A DNA stretch of 64,000 nt, from positions 33,604,001-33,668,000 of the forward strand of contig NC_045138.2 in NCBI RefSeq assembly GCF_008831285.2, written 5' to 3'. The position numbers and the translations under genes are program-made. Each line of letters starts with the position of its first letter. Positions within the stretch are counted from its first letter, which is position 1. The stretch comes from Nymphaea colorata (lineage: Eukaryota). This document shows, piece after piece, positions 1 through 20,300 of the stretch. Below the pieces are notes generated by a model. It saw only the letters and a program-made list of their open reading frames with translations, was not told the origin of the DNA and ran no database searches.

Positions 1-1150
1 ATATGTCAAGATAATTTTCAAATCACTGCTGCCAAAACATTTCTACTTAGAATTAGTAATTCTGACGTTTTTGAACAAGAGATTATTCAACGGAAAATCT
101 TTGTTAGGGAACGAATCGTTCGACAAAAATTGCACCACTAAGTCAGATGGCGTTGATGAATGTCGGACCTTCAGGATGGGAAAAAAGACACATTTAGAGG
201 CAGAGCCTACACCTATATGTGAACTAAACCGATGGATATTCGGCAGATAAAGATAAATAAATCGTGTCCGAATCAGAACGTTCGGACATCAAAATAAAAG
301 CAAGCTGGACATCAATGTGAAAGAATAAAAGCAACTAAATCAGATTTTTTGCTCAAATCCAAAGTAAGTGTACTGTCCAGGGGATCTTCTCGGCGCTTCG
401 GATTCAACTGCTCCTGGAAAAATCTGATTAAAGTTGGATTGGCCAATGTTTGAATCTGAACGTGGATTCCTACATCCAGCCTGAAAGCTCGTGTTTGGAT
501 CCAAAATCCAGACAACGGCCTCACCAATCAGTGTTTGGATCCAAAACCCATTGAAGCGGCCGAAATCTAATTCTATTTCAACCATAGTTGGCTGACTCGT
601 CAAGTTGGCTCGAAAATTGTTAGAGTCAGCTCGAATCGCTAAAACAATTGGCCACGAGTCAACCTAGCCACAAGTCAAAGTTGGCTTGAATCACCCTTGA
701 CTCGGCCTGATTTGACTCTAACTGGGCTCTGATTCCCCGACTGAGACTGACTGAGTCGACAAATCAACTCGCTGACATGACGGTCATATTTCAAATTGAG
801 TCCAAGTTACATTAATTAAAACCTCAGCCGTCGGTGTCGAAAGTTCTTCTTTAAGGGCAACGTGGCATTTGTTCAACCCACTCCTGAAAAAATGCAATAT
901 ACAAAGGAGAAGCCGTGGAGCCGAGACGGCACACAGTGCGTCCGGTGAGTCAAACCGAACACGCCCACGCGTTGACCACAAGCGCAAGCTACCAGCTTTG
1001 ACTTGAGCGACATCGATCTTTTGCTTCTTCTGCGGGGCCCACCTGGCCATCGAAACGGCGAATGGTGGGGCCCTTTTCCCTCCCGCTGGCTGCTATATCC
1101 CATGCAATTCGCAACTTCATCCTCCTCCCTTCGTTTTCTTTGTGCCTCCT

Positions 1151-1190
1151 CCTTCCTTCCTTCCTTCCTTCCTTCCTTCCTTCCTTCCTT
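1151..1190. repeat. (CCTT)10 microsatellite upstream of the receptor kinase
   Basis: Read directly from the sequence. Confidence 0.95.
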
Positions 1191-1433
1191 TCTTTTTCCC
1201 CCCGTCAGCCCCTTATATGCCCGAAGCTCCACGCAGTCTTTCCTTTTAACGGCGAACAAGGCCATCGAGTTCTTTAATTTGCATGTTTAGCATGCCTTAT
1301 GTTGATCTTCAGCGCGTGTAGATAGTTCTCAAGGTCCCTTACATTACATGACCGCGGCAACAAATAGTGTGGATGTAGATGCATCAAATTTGAAGACAAT
1401 AGCTAGCCAGGCAGATCATGAACCGCTTTTGAG

Positions 1434-7436
<6,003 letters not shown>

Positions 7437-10400
7437 GTTTTGCTCAACAACATTACCAGTTTGTAAGAAGATTGCTACGAAACTGATTCGGGTTGCTCAG
7501 TGCTTCGTGTCTGTTGTTGAGTGAGTCTACCTCACATAGATTATTGTTTTGTTTTTTGTGATTTTTTCCGTCAGTGGGTTGGACCAAGCTTCTTCATTCT
7601 TTCCGGCGAACGTCCTCCCAAGAGTTAGCAGTACTGATTTCATCGAATGTTCAGAACTCTAAAACGTCGCCTCACCTTACAAACACAGCTAGCCTGAAAA
7701 TTCGTGCTTAATTGATTTTATTTTGATCCCCTTTGGAACAGAGAACTTGATCTATTGCTCTAAACAATTAACATTTAAACAAAAACTGTTGTTTTGATGA
7801 ATGATTGAGACTTGATGATCTGGATAGTGGCCCTAATTACTCCCTGCTAGCGCCTCAAGCGAGGACCAACCATTTAACTCTCAAATCAAGTAGAAGTGGG
7901 TACGTTGTGTTAACTCGAGGACAAACCAGCCCCCACGACATATGCTTTCCTTGTTCGTGCAAATTATTATCCAGCAGAAACACAACACACAAAGAGGCAA
8001 AAAACAGATAGAAGACACAACTGTCACTCTTTCGCTTCCCCAAGTGAAGCACATAGCAGAAACAAGCTACTAGTGCAGACAAGAAGACACAGAACAGAGT
8101 TCTGCAAATGAAAAAAAAAACCCACTTTCATTTTTTCTCACTGACAGGAGCTACAGTCAAATTGTCTTATCTAGGCATACACAAAGGGCAATTAACACTG
8201 ACATGGAATGGAAGGAGTAAAACAGGGAACAGTTCCGGTTCACTAGAATCAGACAACCAAAAACATCACACCCATGAAGAAATTGCATCATATTCAGTCA
8301 CCCTGTTGCTACCATTATCTCATAACACTTTGCACGCCTCTGAGGTAGTAATATAATTTCAGCTCATGTCTTTTCCAGATCATGTTCAGGAAATTAAGGG
8401 CTTGCTATCCTCGCTCGCCCTGAATCACTTCCATCCAAACGATTCTCAAACAAGTGATAGAACCAATGATGGTAGCCGAGAACTCCGATAATGCTCATCC
8501 GTCATTGTGGACCTCTTTAAATGGAGACCGTATTTGACAGATTATGTTACTTGCTCAAGCAATGGCTCTCCATGTTCGTTCTTGAGCCCTTCGCAGTTGG
8601 GGGGATACGAAAACGAAAGGTATCAAAAACTGATCAAGTTTTAACTTTTTGCATGTGAATCGAGCTCGCACCTGTGAGCAATATAAACAGTCCCGCTGCA
8701 AATTAAGTGTGATCACACCCACCATGAGAGGTGGACTTGCCTATTTGTAAGACTCTTTTTCCATATTGTGCGACTGGGTTGGGGAGGGCCAGGTGGCTGC
8801 TGCCCATGTGAACACTGGTGAACCGCATCGCACCGACTTCTCGCTTGGCTCTACTTGCTGAAAAGTCCTTTATTCTTCATGTCATGGGAACAAGTGGTCT
8901 AGAATCTAGATTATGCCGAAGACTACAACTTTATAAATTATGAAAGAACACCGAAGTTTCAGTAAATAATAGATTGCCTATCAACTTATAAGAGTTAATA
9001 AATAGATGCTCAAGTTGCAACAAAAACTACCAAAGAACCGCCAAAGAAACAGTTAAATTTTGACGCAAAATTGCAAAAACCCTTTTCATAAAGAACCACT
9101 CCTTCTTCGACCGACCAAACATATTTTCATTTTAAAGAAAGTTATTTTGTCATTTTATATCAGAAAATATCGTTTTTTGTCTGTTGGCATCTCTTTGAGA
9201 AGCTTTCTCAAAGATTAAGTCCCTTTCTTACATCTGTTTGTTAACTTTTAAAAGTTGACTGTGATTCGTTATGTACCCAAATGCTAGGCATCTTAGTTTT
9301 GTTTTTCTTTAATATAGTATTTTCGTTTCTCCTTTTCATTTATGAAAATTTTACGCCTAATGTTTAGACGAAGCTTCCATGGGACTCGACCGATTTTTAG
9401 ATTTGAAGCAGAATCCAGGTCCACACTCAGATGCCTTGTCAACCTCGAAAATCAGCAACACCCCCAACCATTACCAGTTCACATAACTCGATAGCTAATA
9501 CCAGTTCTACATGGATCTTTAGGTTTTTTGAGTTTAGAAAGTTAGATCTACGGAGCCCATGGCAATTTCCTACTTGACTCCATCAAACCAAGTACTCCAA
9601 GATCGATCAACATAGCTTATCCCAATTCCATAAACCTCATGGCAGCTATTGAATCATTGAAATTTTCGACCCGAATAAGTGTGTTCATCTTTGAAAATTC
9701 ATACCAAAACCTGTTTGTGTTTTTGACCCAGTTTATCTAATCTAACCACATTGAGTTCATGCCAACAAACCTATATCTACTCATTCAGACATTCTTGGTT
9801 TGGCCCCACTTTACAATAACGGATACAGTCTTTCTTTGTCACTTCAATGTTTTTGCCCCCTAAGAGCTGAGTGGAAAAGGTGATGGTGGAGCTGCCGTCT
9901 ACCACCACAGAGACAAAAGTTGAAATTAAATCTATTTCCCTTGCTGAACCTAGTGAATCCATTAAAAAATACTTGAAGGAATTCGAAGTATAATTTTAGG
10001 AAGTGAAAATGGAAAACGGAGAACGTACTAAGCTAGCGTGATAAGACTCAAAATTATGATTCAAACAGAAGCTTTCAAGTAGAATTCTATTTTCTATAAT
10101 CTGAAAGCCGGAATGCAGTATAAGTAGATGGAAATTCTTTCTTCTTTTTTTCTTTATAGATGTCTCACTGGAGTTGTACATCCGTAATTTTCAAAAAGAT
10201 CGCCGATGTCTTTCATTTTACGTTACACACGACTCAGATCACTTGATTTCGATTGCCTTCATCACACGGTGCAGACCGTCCCGATCAAAACCAAAGAAGA
10301 AACGTGAAGGAGAAAAAAGCAGAAACGAGAAAACGACGAGGGGACTCAAGTCGGGCTCAGGCGCCGACGTCCTAAGTCGGTGTTCCGACTACGACCCACC

Positions 10401-10812
10401 TCACCCCGGAAACTTCCTCCACTTCCCGTTTCTAACCGAACCAAGAGCGACCCATCTCTCTAAAGGCCATTGATCTTCACTCAACTGGCAACTCCTGGCC
10501 TCTCAACTAGCTAGGTTCCCCAGAAATTAACCAACCCCTTTCTCTCCCAGCAACTTCCTGGAAGCACGCTGCATTCACGTCCAGATTCGTCGCCACCGTC
10601 ATGGAAAAGAGAGGTAGACAGCCAAGCTCGCCTTTATGTATCTTATTTAAAGAGCCAACCCATTCGCTTCCCTCTCTAAGAAGAAACCTGGTATTGACTT
10701 CGGTTGGTTCGATCTTCCTTTCCTTCTTTCAGATAAAACAGGAAGGAGGCGTCCGACCGCCTTCTTTCTTGCTTGCGTTTTTTTATTGGTTTCTCCTTTA
10801 GTAAGGCGATCA

Positions 10813-11145
10813 ATGGAGAACTTCCAAGACTTGCTACCGGTGATGGGGGAGAAGCTGGGATCGCAGGGGCTGATGGAGGAGCTGTGCAGTGGGTTCAGGC
10901 TGCTGATGGACCAGCAGCGAGGGGTGATCACGCCGGAAAGCCTGAGGAGAAATGCCGGGGAGGCTCTGGGGATGAAGGGAATGACGGAGGAGGAGGCGGT
11001 GGAGATGGTGAGGGAGGGAGATTTGGACGGTGACGGCGCTCTCAGCCAGATGGAATTCTGCGTCCTCATGGTCAGGCTGAGCCCGGAGGTGATGCAAAGG
11101 TCGTGGAGTCTGCTGGCGCAAGGGTTGGAAAATCTTGGTCACTAG
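10813..11145 (+). CDS. KIC/PBP1-like small EF-hand calcium-binding protein (110 aa, intronless), copy A
   Basis: ATG at 10813 (MENFQDLLPVMGEKLG...). One canonical 12-residue EF loop (DLDGDGALSQME) followed by the family motif FCVLMVRLSPE. TATA-like TATTTAAA near 10644. Confidence 0.92.
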   Translation: MENFQDLLPVMGEKLGSQGLMEELCSGFRLLMDQQRGVITPESLRRNAGEALGMKGMTEEEAVEMVREGDLDGDGALSQMEFCVLMVRLSPEVMQRSWSLLAQGLENLGH

Positions 11146-11910
11146 CTCACTCACTCTCTCTGCGCATCGAGAATATAATCGTCGTTTTGGTCACAGCTTT
11201 TTAACAGGAGTTTTGGGTGCATTAGCCGGATTCTATTTTAGCAGTCCACTTGATTGTATGTGAATAAGAACGTTAACGTAATTGATTCTGCCAATATTAT
11301 TTCTCTTGTCTATTTGCATTCATAATCAATCTCGGTCACCCGGAAGTCTGAGGAAATTTTCAATTCTTCGGTCTGGTTTTTTCTTTCCTTTGGAGAAATC
11401 TTCGACATGTACACATGGTCCGACTCAGTTTAAGTTCGTGAACGGAATCCACAAAAATGCAGATCGCAAACCGGATAAAAGACCAAGATTAGAATAGAAG
11501 TCTACAACTCGTAATCTCAAAGGCCAAATTGCCGCAAAAATGTAAATAAGTGTAATGGATCGAAGTTAAGTTAAAACACAAGTTTCCTGGTTTAATCTTC
11601 TTTCTTCAGGTTTTGACAGTGATGAGAGAGGAGTCCATGGAAACTGGAACCTTGTGATGGTCATGGCCTACACAACAGCACCGATCCCTCGATATAAACA
11701 GCCCTCAAAGACTTGCAGGTCGCCGCAGCTTTATACTTTGTGGCCGCGAAAGTGTTGAGTCATTTCCCGTGGTTGGTCCTTTAACGTGATCATGTTATGG
11801 AACTTAAAGTATATAGACTTCTTCAAAGGCTTGCACGGCTTTTCCTCCAAGGCATTGTTTGATGGCAAAAGTTTTGCCAAAAGAGTCCAGTTTCACCGAT
11901 CTCATCTTTT

Positions 11911-12010
11911 GCCTATTTTTTTAAACAAGACTTCCTCAGGTCTTTGATCTCCTCCTCTTGGCCTATTTTTTTAAACAAGACTTCCTCAGGTCTTTGATCT
12001 CCTCCTCTTG
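11911..12010. repeat. Perfect 50-bp tandem duplication
   Basis: GCCTATTTTTTTAAACAAGACTTCCTCAGGTCTTTGATCTCCTCCTCTTG occurs at 11911-11960 and 11961-12010. Confidence 0.97.
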
Positions 12011-12163
12011 GCTGTTTCGCGCTTCTTCCCGGCGCTGTTCATGCGCTTTGTAGTTGAGCCCGTTTTACGACTGTTCAGATAATCTCATTAAGCATACATA
12101 CCGTACGGTCTTAAAAGACACTTTTAAAGTTCATTTTTAAATTTGAATAAATAAACGACTAAC

Positions 12164-12166
<3 letters not shown>

Positions 12167-12228
<62 letters not shown>
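12167..12228. repeat. (TA)31 microsatellite
   Basis: Read directly from the sequence. Confidence 0.95.
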
Positions 12229-12230
<2 letters not shown>

Positions 12231-13606
12231 GGTTGAGAGAAAAATCAGAAAAAAAAAAGATATGATATGACAAAAATATCCATCAATTTCCCTCATGATT
12301 GAGCTGGGCCGGAGCCATCATCAATATATGGTATTATTAAACATATCTCTTGCATAGGGCAGTATGCTATGAAAGGCCAAAAGGTTTCACTGTCGGTAAA
12401 AAAAAAAAAAAACATAACTTTATTTTGAATATTCTATAAGTTCTTTCACTTAATCTAACATTGAAGGTGATGATAATATGATTAATTAAGCAGCGAAAAT
12501 ATGTTAAAAATTAGCCATCTTCACTGACGGAGCAATGGCTCATACAAGGCCAGCAAACAAGCAATGATGGATATGGTTATATGTTTAGATTAACTTAACA
12601 CTTGTAAACTGATCGTCCTTGAGGTATTTGGTTGAATTTTGCGGGCATGAAAATGTCAAAAAGGTCTAAAGTGTAGTCTTATCAAACAAATCTAAGTAAA
12701 AGGGTATATATCCGACGGTGAGATTCAACAAGAGCTAACTAAAACATTAAGATACGAAAAGTTGTACATGGGCTTATAGTCGACCATGGCTGGCCTCGTT
12801 TGATTGATCTTTCAACAGTAGATCAAACCGTTAATCATAATCAGCCATTTTAATCCAACTAGGAAGCACTTGGCGGAAATGAGTAACTTCTCAAAGTCTC
12901 TCGTTGGAGAAGCCACAGCAAGCCCCTACTGGCTACTAGCACGGAAGGTGGGGCACCCTAATTCCTCAAATCTCATAGATCCTCTACCTCAATACTTGAA
13001 AGAAAAATTCCAACCACTCATTAAGCAAGAAACAGTATTGGTCTTCGGATATCATTTGAAATCATGGGCAGCAATTATCTGATTTATGATCAAGGCCAAA
13101 TTGTTTATCATGGCGAAATAGCGAAAACAGTGAATCATTTGGAGTTGCTGTTTTGATTGTTTTCAAATGCTCTAAGCTTCAATTCGAACACACACACAGG
13201 GTGGCAAACCATTGCAAATGCCTGCAGATTCGGTTAGCAAATTTACCAACTGCTAAGTTTCCAACGAAGCCATTTGGACAAGGTGCAAAAAGTGACAACT
13301 TCCAGTCACTCAAAAAATTTCCTCTTGTTTCTGGTGATCTTTCTCGCCAAAGTTACTTCTTAATTGCACACTTCGTGGAAAGAAAGTTATGAGTCGAATC
13401 CCGCCGTTTGGATGTGTTTATGAACAAACATCTCCATGTCAAATGTGTGCCCAAAAGAGGTAGAGAACAACAAACCAAAATACATTTACCACAAAAAATA
13501 ATACATCTCACAGACGACAGGAATCAAATTATACTTCAAAAAATAACCAGAAATGTTCAGAGAATGACGCTCATACAATGATGTGATTCAAAAAACATAG
13601 CCAACT

Positions 13607-16600
13607 TCAAGCAGACCCCTTGAGTTTATTTGCAATGCCAGCAATATACTTGCCCTGGTGGAAAGCCTGTTCCAGTTCGAGCTCAGTTGGCTGTCTGGAA
13701 CCATCACCAGCGTAGGTGCCTGCACCATACGGACTCCCGCCTTTGACATGCTCCATCTCAAACATTCCAGCTCCAAACGTGTACCCCATAGGTACATATA
13801 TCATTCCATGATGAACCAGCTGAGTGATGGCTGTCAAGCTGCATAAAAAAACAGACAACTAAAGCTGGAGTAAACAAATATAATAAAGACACGGCAACTA
13901 CAGTCTAAAATTCTTAACTAAAGTTAAGAATATAAGCATGCAAGCAAGCGAGTCATCCACCATATGCAAGGAGGTCAAAGAAAAAATTTCACACCCTCGA
14001 GCCTGATGGACACAGGACAAACATATGATACAGGCCAGGCTTCTGTAGATGAGGGATGGAAGATAAACATATAATACAGGTCAGGCTTCTGCAGATGAAG
14101 ACCAGGGTGAGAAGGTCTTGCCAATTAGTATACGATGGCCTGATGTTTTCCGACATAGATAATCTTTTTCTAATCGCCACCAGGGATACAGAATTAATTG
14201 AAGTAATTCAGAGATGATGTTATATTTGATCCATCCTCCTGAAGTGCCCTTCCCTGGTAAGGATTCTTAATATTGCAAATGTACCATGACCTCGACGCAG
14301 AATGTATTGATGCTTCTAAGGTGCTACATAACCTCAACTATAAAGCAGACAATTTTCTGTATGTGGACTTGTTTCCCATATGAAACATATGATGTGATGG
14401 TCGTGACCATACGAATAACATATACCTAGCGTGGTTAACGCTTGAGATGGCAAGGTCTTAATATACAACTAAACAAACAAGTCAAAACCTAAATAATTGG
14501 TGCAAAATAATTCAACTGTTTGGTCCAAAGACAAAAGCTACTCACGCTGTGGTCTCTTGCCCACCACCCTGTGATCCTGTGCTGTAGAAAATGCCTGCAG
14601 GCTTGCCAGCAAGTTGCTGGGTTCTCCACAATCCACCGGTTGCATCAAGGAAAGCCTTAAATTGAGCTGCCATCATCCCAAACCTTGTTGGAAAGCCAAA
14701 TATGAGACCATCGGCCTCTGCAAGCTCACTGGGGCTTATGATTGGTGCATCACCTTTCGGTGGCGCACTCATCTTCGCAAGAACATCATCAGAAAGTGTC
14801 TCTGGAACCTGTAAATGAGATAAAGGTGAACTTATCGTGCATACTATTGTCACGAGAACTCTATATTTATTTTTCCTTGACATCATTATTAGTTACTTAC
14901 CTGCCACACCTTGGCTTCTACACCTTCCACAGATGAAGCACCCTTCTTGATTGCTTCAGCAAGTTTCTCAACATGACCATACATAGAGTAGTATCTGCAT
15001 GTGATGAAATTAAGAGCCTCATAGTGCAGTCTTGTGAAAACCTTAAAAAATCTCGCAAGCAAAACTGATTCAGCCAATAAAAAGTTTTAGACTGGGACAC
15101 ACAAATGTAACTTTGCATTAGCAACAGCAATTTCCATGGTCACCGACTAAAGAGGCTATCTCAAGTTAAAACTCGTGTAGTGATGGATTTACAAGTCTTG
15201 AATATAGGATAGGAGAATATATGCTACATGGCAAACAGATCCTGCAGAGCAGTACACATGTGAGAAGAATACAGTTGCGTTACAATTAGTGATTAACCAT
15301 AAAAAGAGCTAAACAGTTTCTCATAAGCTTATTTTCACACAATTGTAACAAATCAACAAATAAGATCAAGAAATGATGAATAGACTGCCGGAAATCAAGA
15401 AGCCTGAAGCAGAATTTGAGAAATGTCGAGGAAAACTTTTCTTTAATTGTAACCTATAGATTGTAGGATCTTTTCATATGCAACATGTAAAGAATAACCA
15501 TACATAAAGTCATAATTTGACCTTGAGGCTTGCTTAAAACTGTGTACAGCGAGGGGAATTGCACCCTGCTCTATCGAGCAGCATATCAAGGCAATGTTTT
15601 CACAGGTCTAGGAGATTTCTTTTGTAAACCTATTTGTCAAAAAATGAAAACATAATAAAAACGATCAGTTACTACTGAAAAATTAACTTGGATAGTTCAT
15701 GCCGTTTCGGACTTCTAGGACAGAGTATCATGAGGTTCTTATACTAAAGAAAAGAGCAAAAAGGAATTACAATTTCAATTCGCCTTGTGAGAGTGGCACT
15801 AGGATCTCCAAAATTAGTCTCGAAGAAGGAACCAAGACCTGAAAGTTACCGACCAAGGAACAAAGGAAAAAAAGGGACTCCGATATCAAGTACATGGCCA
15901 GTGATGAATATTTGCTATATTTTTAGACTGCTACGTGGAACCCAAGACCTAACTTTCGAGAATAACGGATGCAGATGAAAATATCCTGACATGATTCCTC
16001 GTGGAAAAGTTGAAGTTGCACTGCCACGAATTGGCTACCAGTACTGAAACAACTATAACCATCTTCAATCCCCAAACTAATCACGATACCTTTTTATTGC
16101 TAACAGGCAAAGCGAAAAGGACAACTGAGAAACAAACAAAGGTCCACCTGGAATTTCACCACCGTCTCCCCCAGCCTATATAGGACAGTTGGTGACAACC
16201 ATAAAAAAGAAGGAAGGTGAAATATTGGTCACAACGAGAACCATGTCGCACAGTTGCTCGACCAATGAGCGCATGTAAGTGATATGACAAGCCACACTTT
16301 CCGAAAATTGGAAGCGCAACATGAAGAAAAAGGCAAGGTTTCTTCGCTTTGCATCAAACATCCACTTGCAGTAATGGTTCGAAAACTCCACGAAGTAATA
16401 GTCAAAAAAACAATCCGGCGGATGAAAAAAGGAGAAAAGGACGAATGACAATTATGTCCTAAATAAAACATAAATTCGAACAGCCAATATCAGTAAATTG
16501 TGCTTTAATAAAATTTAAAAGCTTTATTGTAAAAGATAAATGCCCGTCAAAGGACCCGGAAGAAAGCAAGAGAACCCAAATATGGAAAGAAGGCCAAAAT

Positions 16601-17341
16601 TCTCAACGACGGATACTCGGACACAAACTGTTAAAGTCCCTATGAACGTCGTAAGAAAAGAAACATTTTCGGCTTTAGCCATAACCTGGTCACATTGCCG
16701 AACATCCAGAGTGTGAACGCCACAGAGATGAGTAGCATTGGATGGGTCATCTAAACTACCAAATCTCAAATGATTAAAAGGAAAAAAGGAATAGAAAAAC
16801 CCGAAAGAAAAGGCTAGTTTGGATCCAATTTAATAACTGAAATAGATCAGTAGAGCGCTGAAAAGGAAATTGCAGAAAGAAACGAATGTAATTTTCCTTT
16901 TCTGTGGAAGAACGAAGGCTAAGTGCGAGAGAGAAGACGTGATCCGGAAAAAGAAAAATCTGATCTAGGTGTTCAAAACATGAGGAAAGGGGAAATGATC
17001 CCCAAGAATGCTTGCAGAACTGGATCAAAGTTCAAAATAGGAGAAACGCAACCAAGAAGAAAACGAAACAGAGCAAATCCGTCACGGAAGGAAATTCCAG
17101 AAGCTCGTCGAAAAGCAAGAAGAAAAAAAAAAACTCAAAGACACCAGATCATGGGTCTCGATGGAAAATGCGGTGAGGGAATGGTCACTCCTAACCCAAA
17201 AAAGCCCGGAAATCATAGTCGAAATTTCCCAGACAAAACGATCCGGGAGACCTGGAAAGCAAATAGTCTAACAAGGGGAAGAATAGTGGAGGAAACAGCC
17301 GCAAGAAGAAACGCTTACACAATGTAAACTTTGGTGGCCAT
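13607..17341 (-). CDS. FQR1: NAD(P)H dehydrogenase (quinone), FQR1-like flavodoxin-fold WrbA family, 4 exons, 203 aa
   Basis: Exons 17341-17319 (MATKVYIV), 14994-14901 ([12 protein letters not shown]), 14808-14546 ([25 protein letters not shown]...[13 protein letters not shown]), 13838-13607 ([16 protein letters not shown]...GGSPYGAGT). Total 612 nt, all GT-AG. The symbol is family-level. Confidence 0.95.
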
Positions 17342-20300
17342 TATCGAAGGACTCTTCGAGATTCTTCCTTCCACTTTGCTCCTCGGGTCTGCCAGAAATG
17401 GAATGAGATGAAATGGAAACGGGAGGGAAGACAGGGTATTTATGGACCTCCTGCCTGCCCCGCTGACCCACCCTCTTAATATCATTATCAATCAATTCTA
17501 ATTAATTAAATGAATAACTTATTTCTTTCGAATGCTTCCGGGGGTTGATATCTGCTGCTTCTCTCAGCTTTCCTTATAAAATTAAAAAAAGTAATTCAAT
17601 TATCTTTATACCCCTGAACTTAAAAGGTTTTACCTTCAGCTGTCCCCTTTAATTTCTAAAGCGGAAAACGGATTGATTAATTAAGAGAGAGGTATTTTGG
17701 TCTTTTTGTAGTGTTATTATTATTTTTTTCACTTTTATTGGTGTAGTTATTTTTACTAACAAACCCCATTACACTCTCAATTGCATTGAATGTATTGAAT
17801 GAAAAAAAAAAAATTATAAAATGATCATGTGACTCTTTCGTTATGTTCATATGCGACCTCCTTATTCCTAATCTCAATTATTTATATGAATCATTAGTCT
17901 TAAGCAAGAATATTTTAGTGACGCCACGGCAACCTTCTGGCACACACCTGCCTTCTCATTTCGGCTTCCATGAGCCGTTCATCTTGACCGAGGCCCCGAA
18001 CGTTCGGGCGCGTCGGGGCACGCGAGCCGTTGGATGGAGCGACTCCACCGGTCGCCGGAGCCTGATCGAAGCGTGACGCAGAGGTGACGGGGGCATTTTT
18101 GGTACTGGAAGACAATGGAGGCCCGATATCGTCATTTTGGAGGAGAAATCAGAAACTAGTTCACGATTTTCCGGGGATATTTTATTCTTTCTTTTCTTTT
18201 CCCAGGAAAACTGCCGTGCAGATTAGATTGTTAGTCAACTGATGGACCTTCCGGGGTAGTTGGTGGCACTGACCGGCTGCCATTGGATCGGGTCGGAGCT
18301 CACTTATCCGCATGGCATTATAAATTAGATCCATTTAAGGATCCGCTTACAGACAGCGCAGGGTTGTCTCCCGTCCCGTTCGAGCTCCTCCTTCCCAAAT
18401 ATTTGCTCCGAAGAAATTAAAAATTATAACAAAAAAGAAATCAAATTTCATGAATGTGGTGCATTTTTTTGCCACGAAGTTGGCTGGTTTTCTGGTTTAG
18501 TAATCAGAAGGTAAGAAGAGGCACGCATGAAGAATCCACTCATGCCAATTATGATGGTTGCATGTGACCGTATAATGAATTTTCCCCACCCCCTCATGAG
18601 AATCGGAATAATTGTTAATACATATGTGGTCACTCTTCTCTTATTTAATCATATCTTATCCATTAATAAGGCACTTTTTCTTTTATATATATATGTGTGT
18701 GTATTTTTTCAGATTTGATCGTGCACGTTGTTTATACGAATGAGTTGGAACTTGGAACTCTTATTTGATGGGCATTCAACCAGAAGGGATGTGAATTTGA
18801 GATTAGTGTTTTTTTTTTTTTTTTTTGGTATATGTCAAACTTGTATTAAGAATGTTTACTTAGGGGAACCTAATAATTTCTCTCAAGACCATATTCTTAT
18901 GCCACCAACATTCTAAGATGCTTGTATGAATAATGGTGCTGCTACATCACATCTCATTGTCAGTATGTCCAACCTAAGCTTTGATTGTTGTTCTTTTATT
19001 ATTGTTAATGAAACTGTGAAACTAACCTTTTATGAATAATGTGCCTTTAGAAAAACATAATGTTCTTGTTACTTACTCTGCATTACAAATTGGATTTACA
19101 AAATCAACGCTCTAAGTTGAACAAACTTACAACGTTGCTTCAAGACAGGTAGAGATGGACCTGGAACTTGGGACCGAAATACATACATCCGAAATGAGAT
19201 CCAGATCCAAATTTGAATGGGCCCCACTAAAAAAGTGGGACCCACACCACGGTCGTCCTGTCCTCACCTCATCATCCACTATCGCCGGAACAGGACCGAC
19301 AAAAAAGATTGATTCTAGAAGAAGTGCTCCTTTAAAGTTTTTTTTTTTTTTTTTATCCTTTTCACCGTACCCTTATTGTTGTTAATTTACATGCTTTCTG
19401 CTCTCTGTTTTTTTTTAATTTAAAAAAAAAACAAGAAAAAAAATTGTTTCATTTGTATTGTATTTCATTGTTAGTTTTATTATAATGACTTTTTTAATTA
19501 ATAAATTTTAACCATCGAATAGCATACCACAGAATCCAAATCTCGTTTCCCACTCTTTTGTTCACACAAGTGGTGACATAAGATATCCAACAAGATCAAG
19601 GCAAAGCCAAGGGGGGCGGTTGGGGCCCTGGCACCCCTTAAAAAAAATAAAAAATTTACATATATAAAAATAATATTTTATTTTTATCCAAATTTTAAAA
19701 ACAAGTAGAGTATTTCATATACATACTTCCCCGGCTTCATCGCAGGTGATGACCCATCAACAGGAACCGGCACACTCTATTAAACATAAATTTTATCTCA
19801 TGAATCAACCATGGTGAAGTTTTCTCTCTAGTACTGTATTGTGCGTCTCTTTTAACCAAATTTACTTTAAACACAAAAAAAAAAAAAAAAAAAAAAAGTC
19901 CCGGACATTTTAGTTCCACGCACAGGTAAGGTGAACCCCGGGGAATTTTTGTCTTTCGACTTCTTTTCATTGAAGTGGGCATTCAAGGAAGTGGATCCCC
20001 TTGCTTTCTCAAGACCATTAGTCCAGGTTTGCGGCGAGCTTCGTACAAAAAATAATAAAAAAGAAACGGTGGAAAATGAATAATTTATATCTTCGACACA
20101 CAGCGCATCATCCATCTATATTAAAAATGTTAATAAACCGAAAGAAGCAAGCTCTGTAGCTAATCAGACTTTTTGTATCACATGAAAACGAAGAAATCAA
20201 GAAGGTGACAAATAAGAAGATGATGCATGTTCCCTCCATGATGCAATGTGCCCTTTTGTTTCGGGGTTGAATGGAAAGGGAATATTCATTGGAATGAACA

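Noticed and set aside
873..1290. ORFs with RKEG/FLPS repeats
   Set aside because: These are translations of the (CCTT)10 microsatellite.
11960..12050. Minus-strand peptide AHEQRREEARNSQEEEIKDLRKSCLKK, faintly like a TPX2-domain motif
   Set aside because: Short, immediately stopped, and overlapping the 50-bp duplication, with no further similarity. Chance resemblance is likely.
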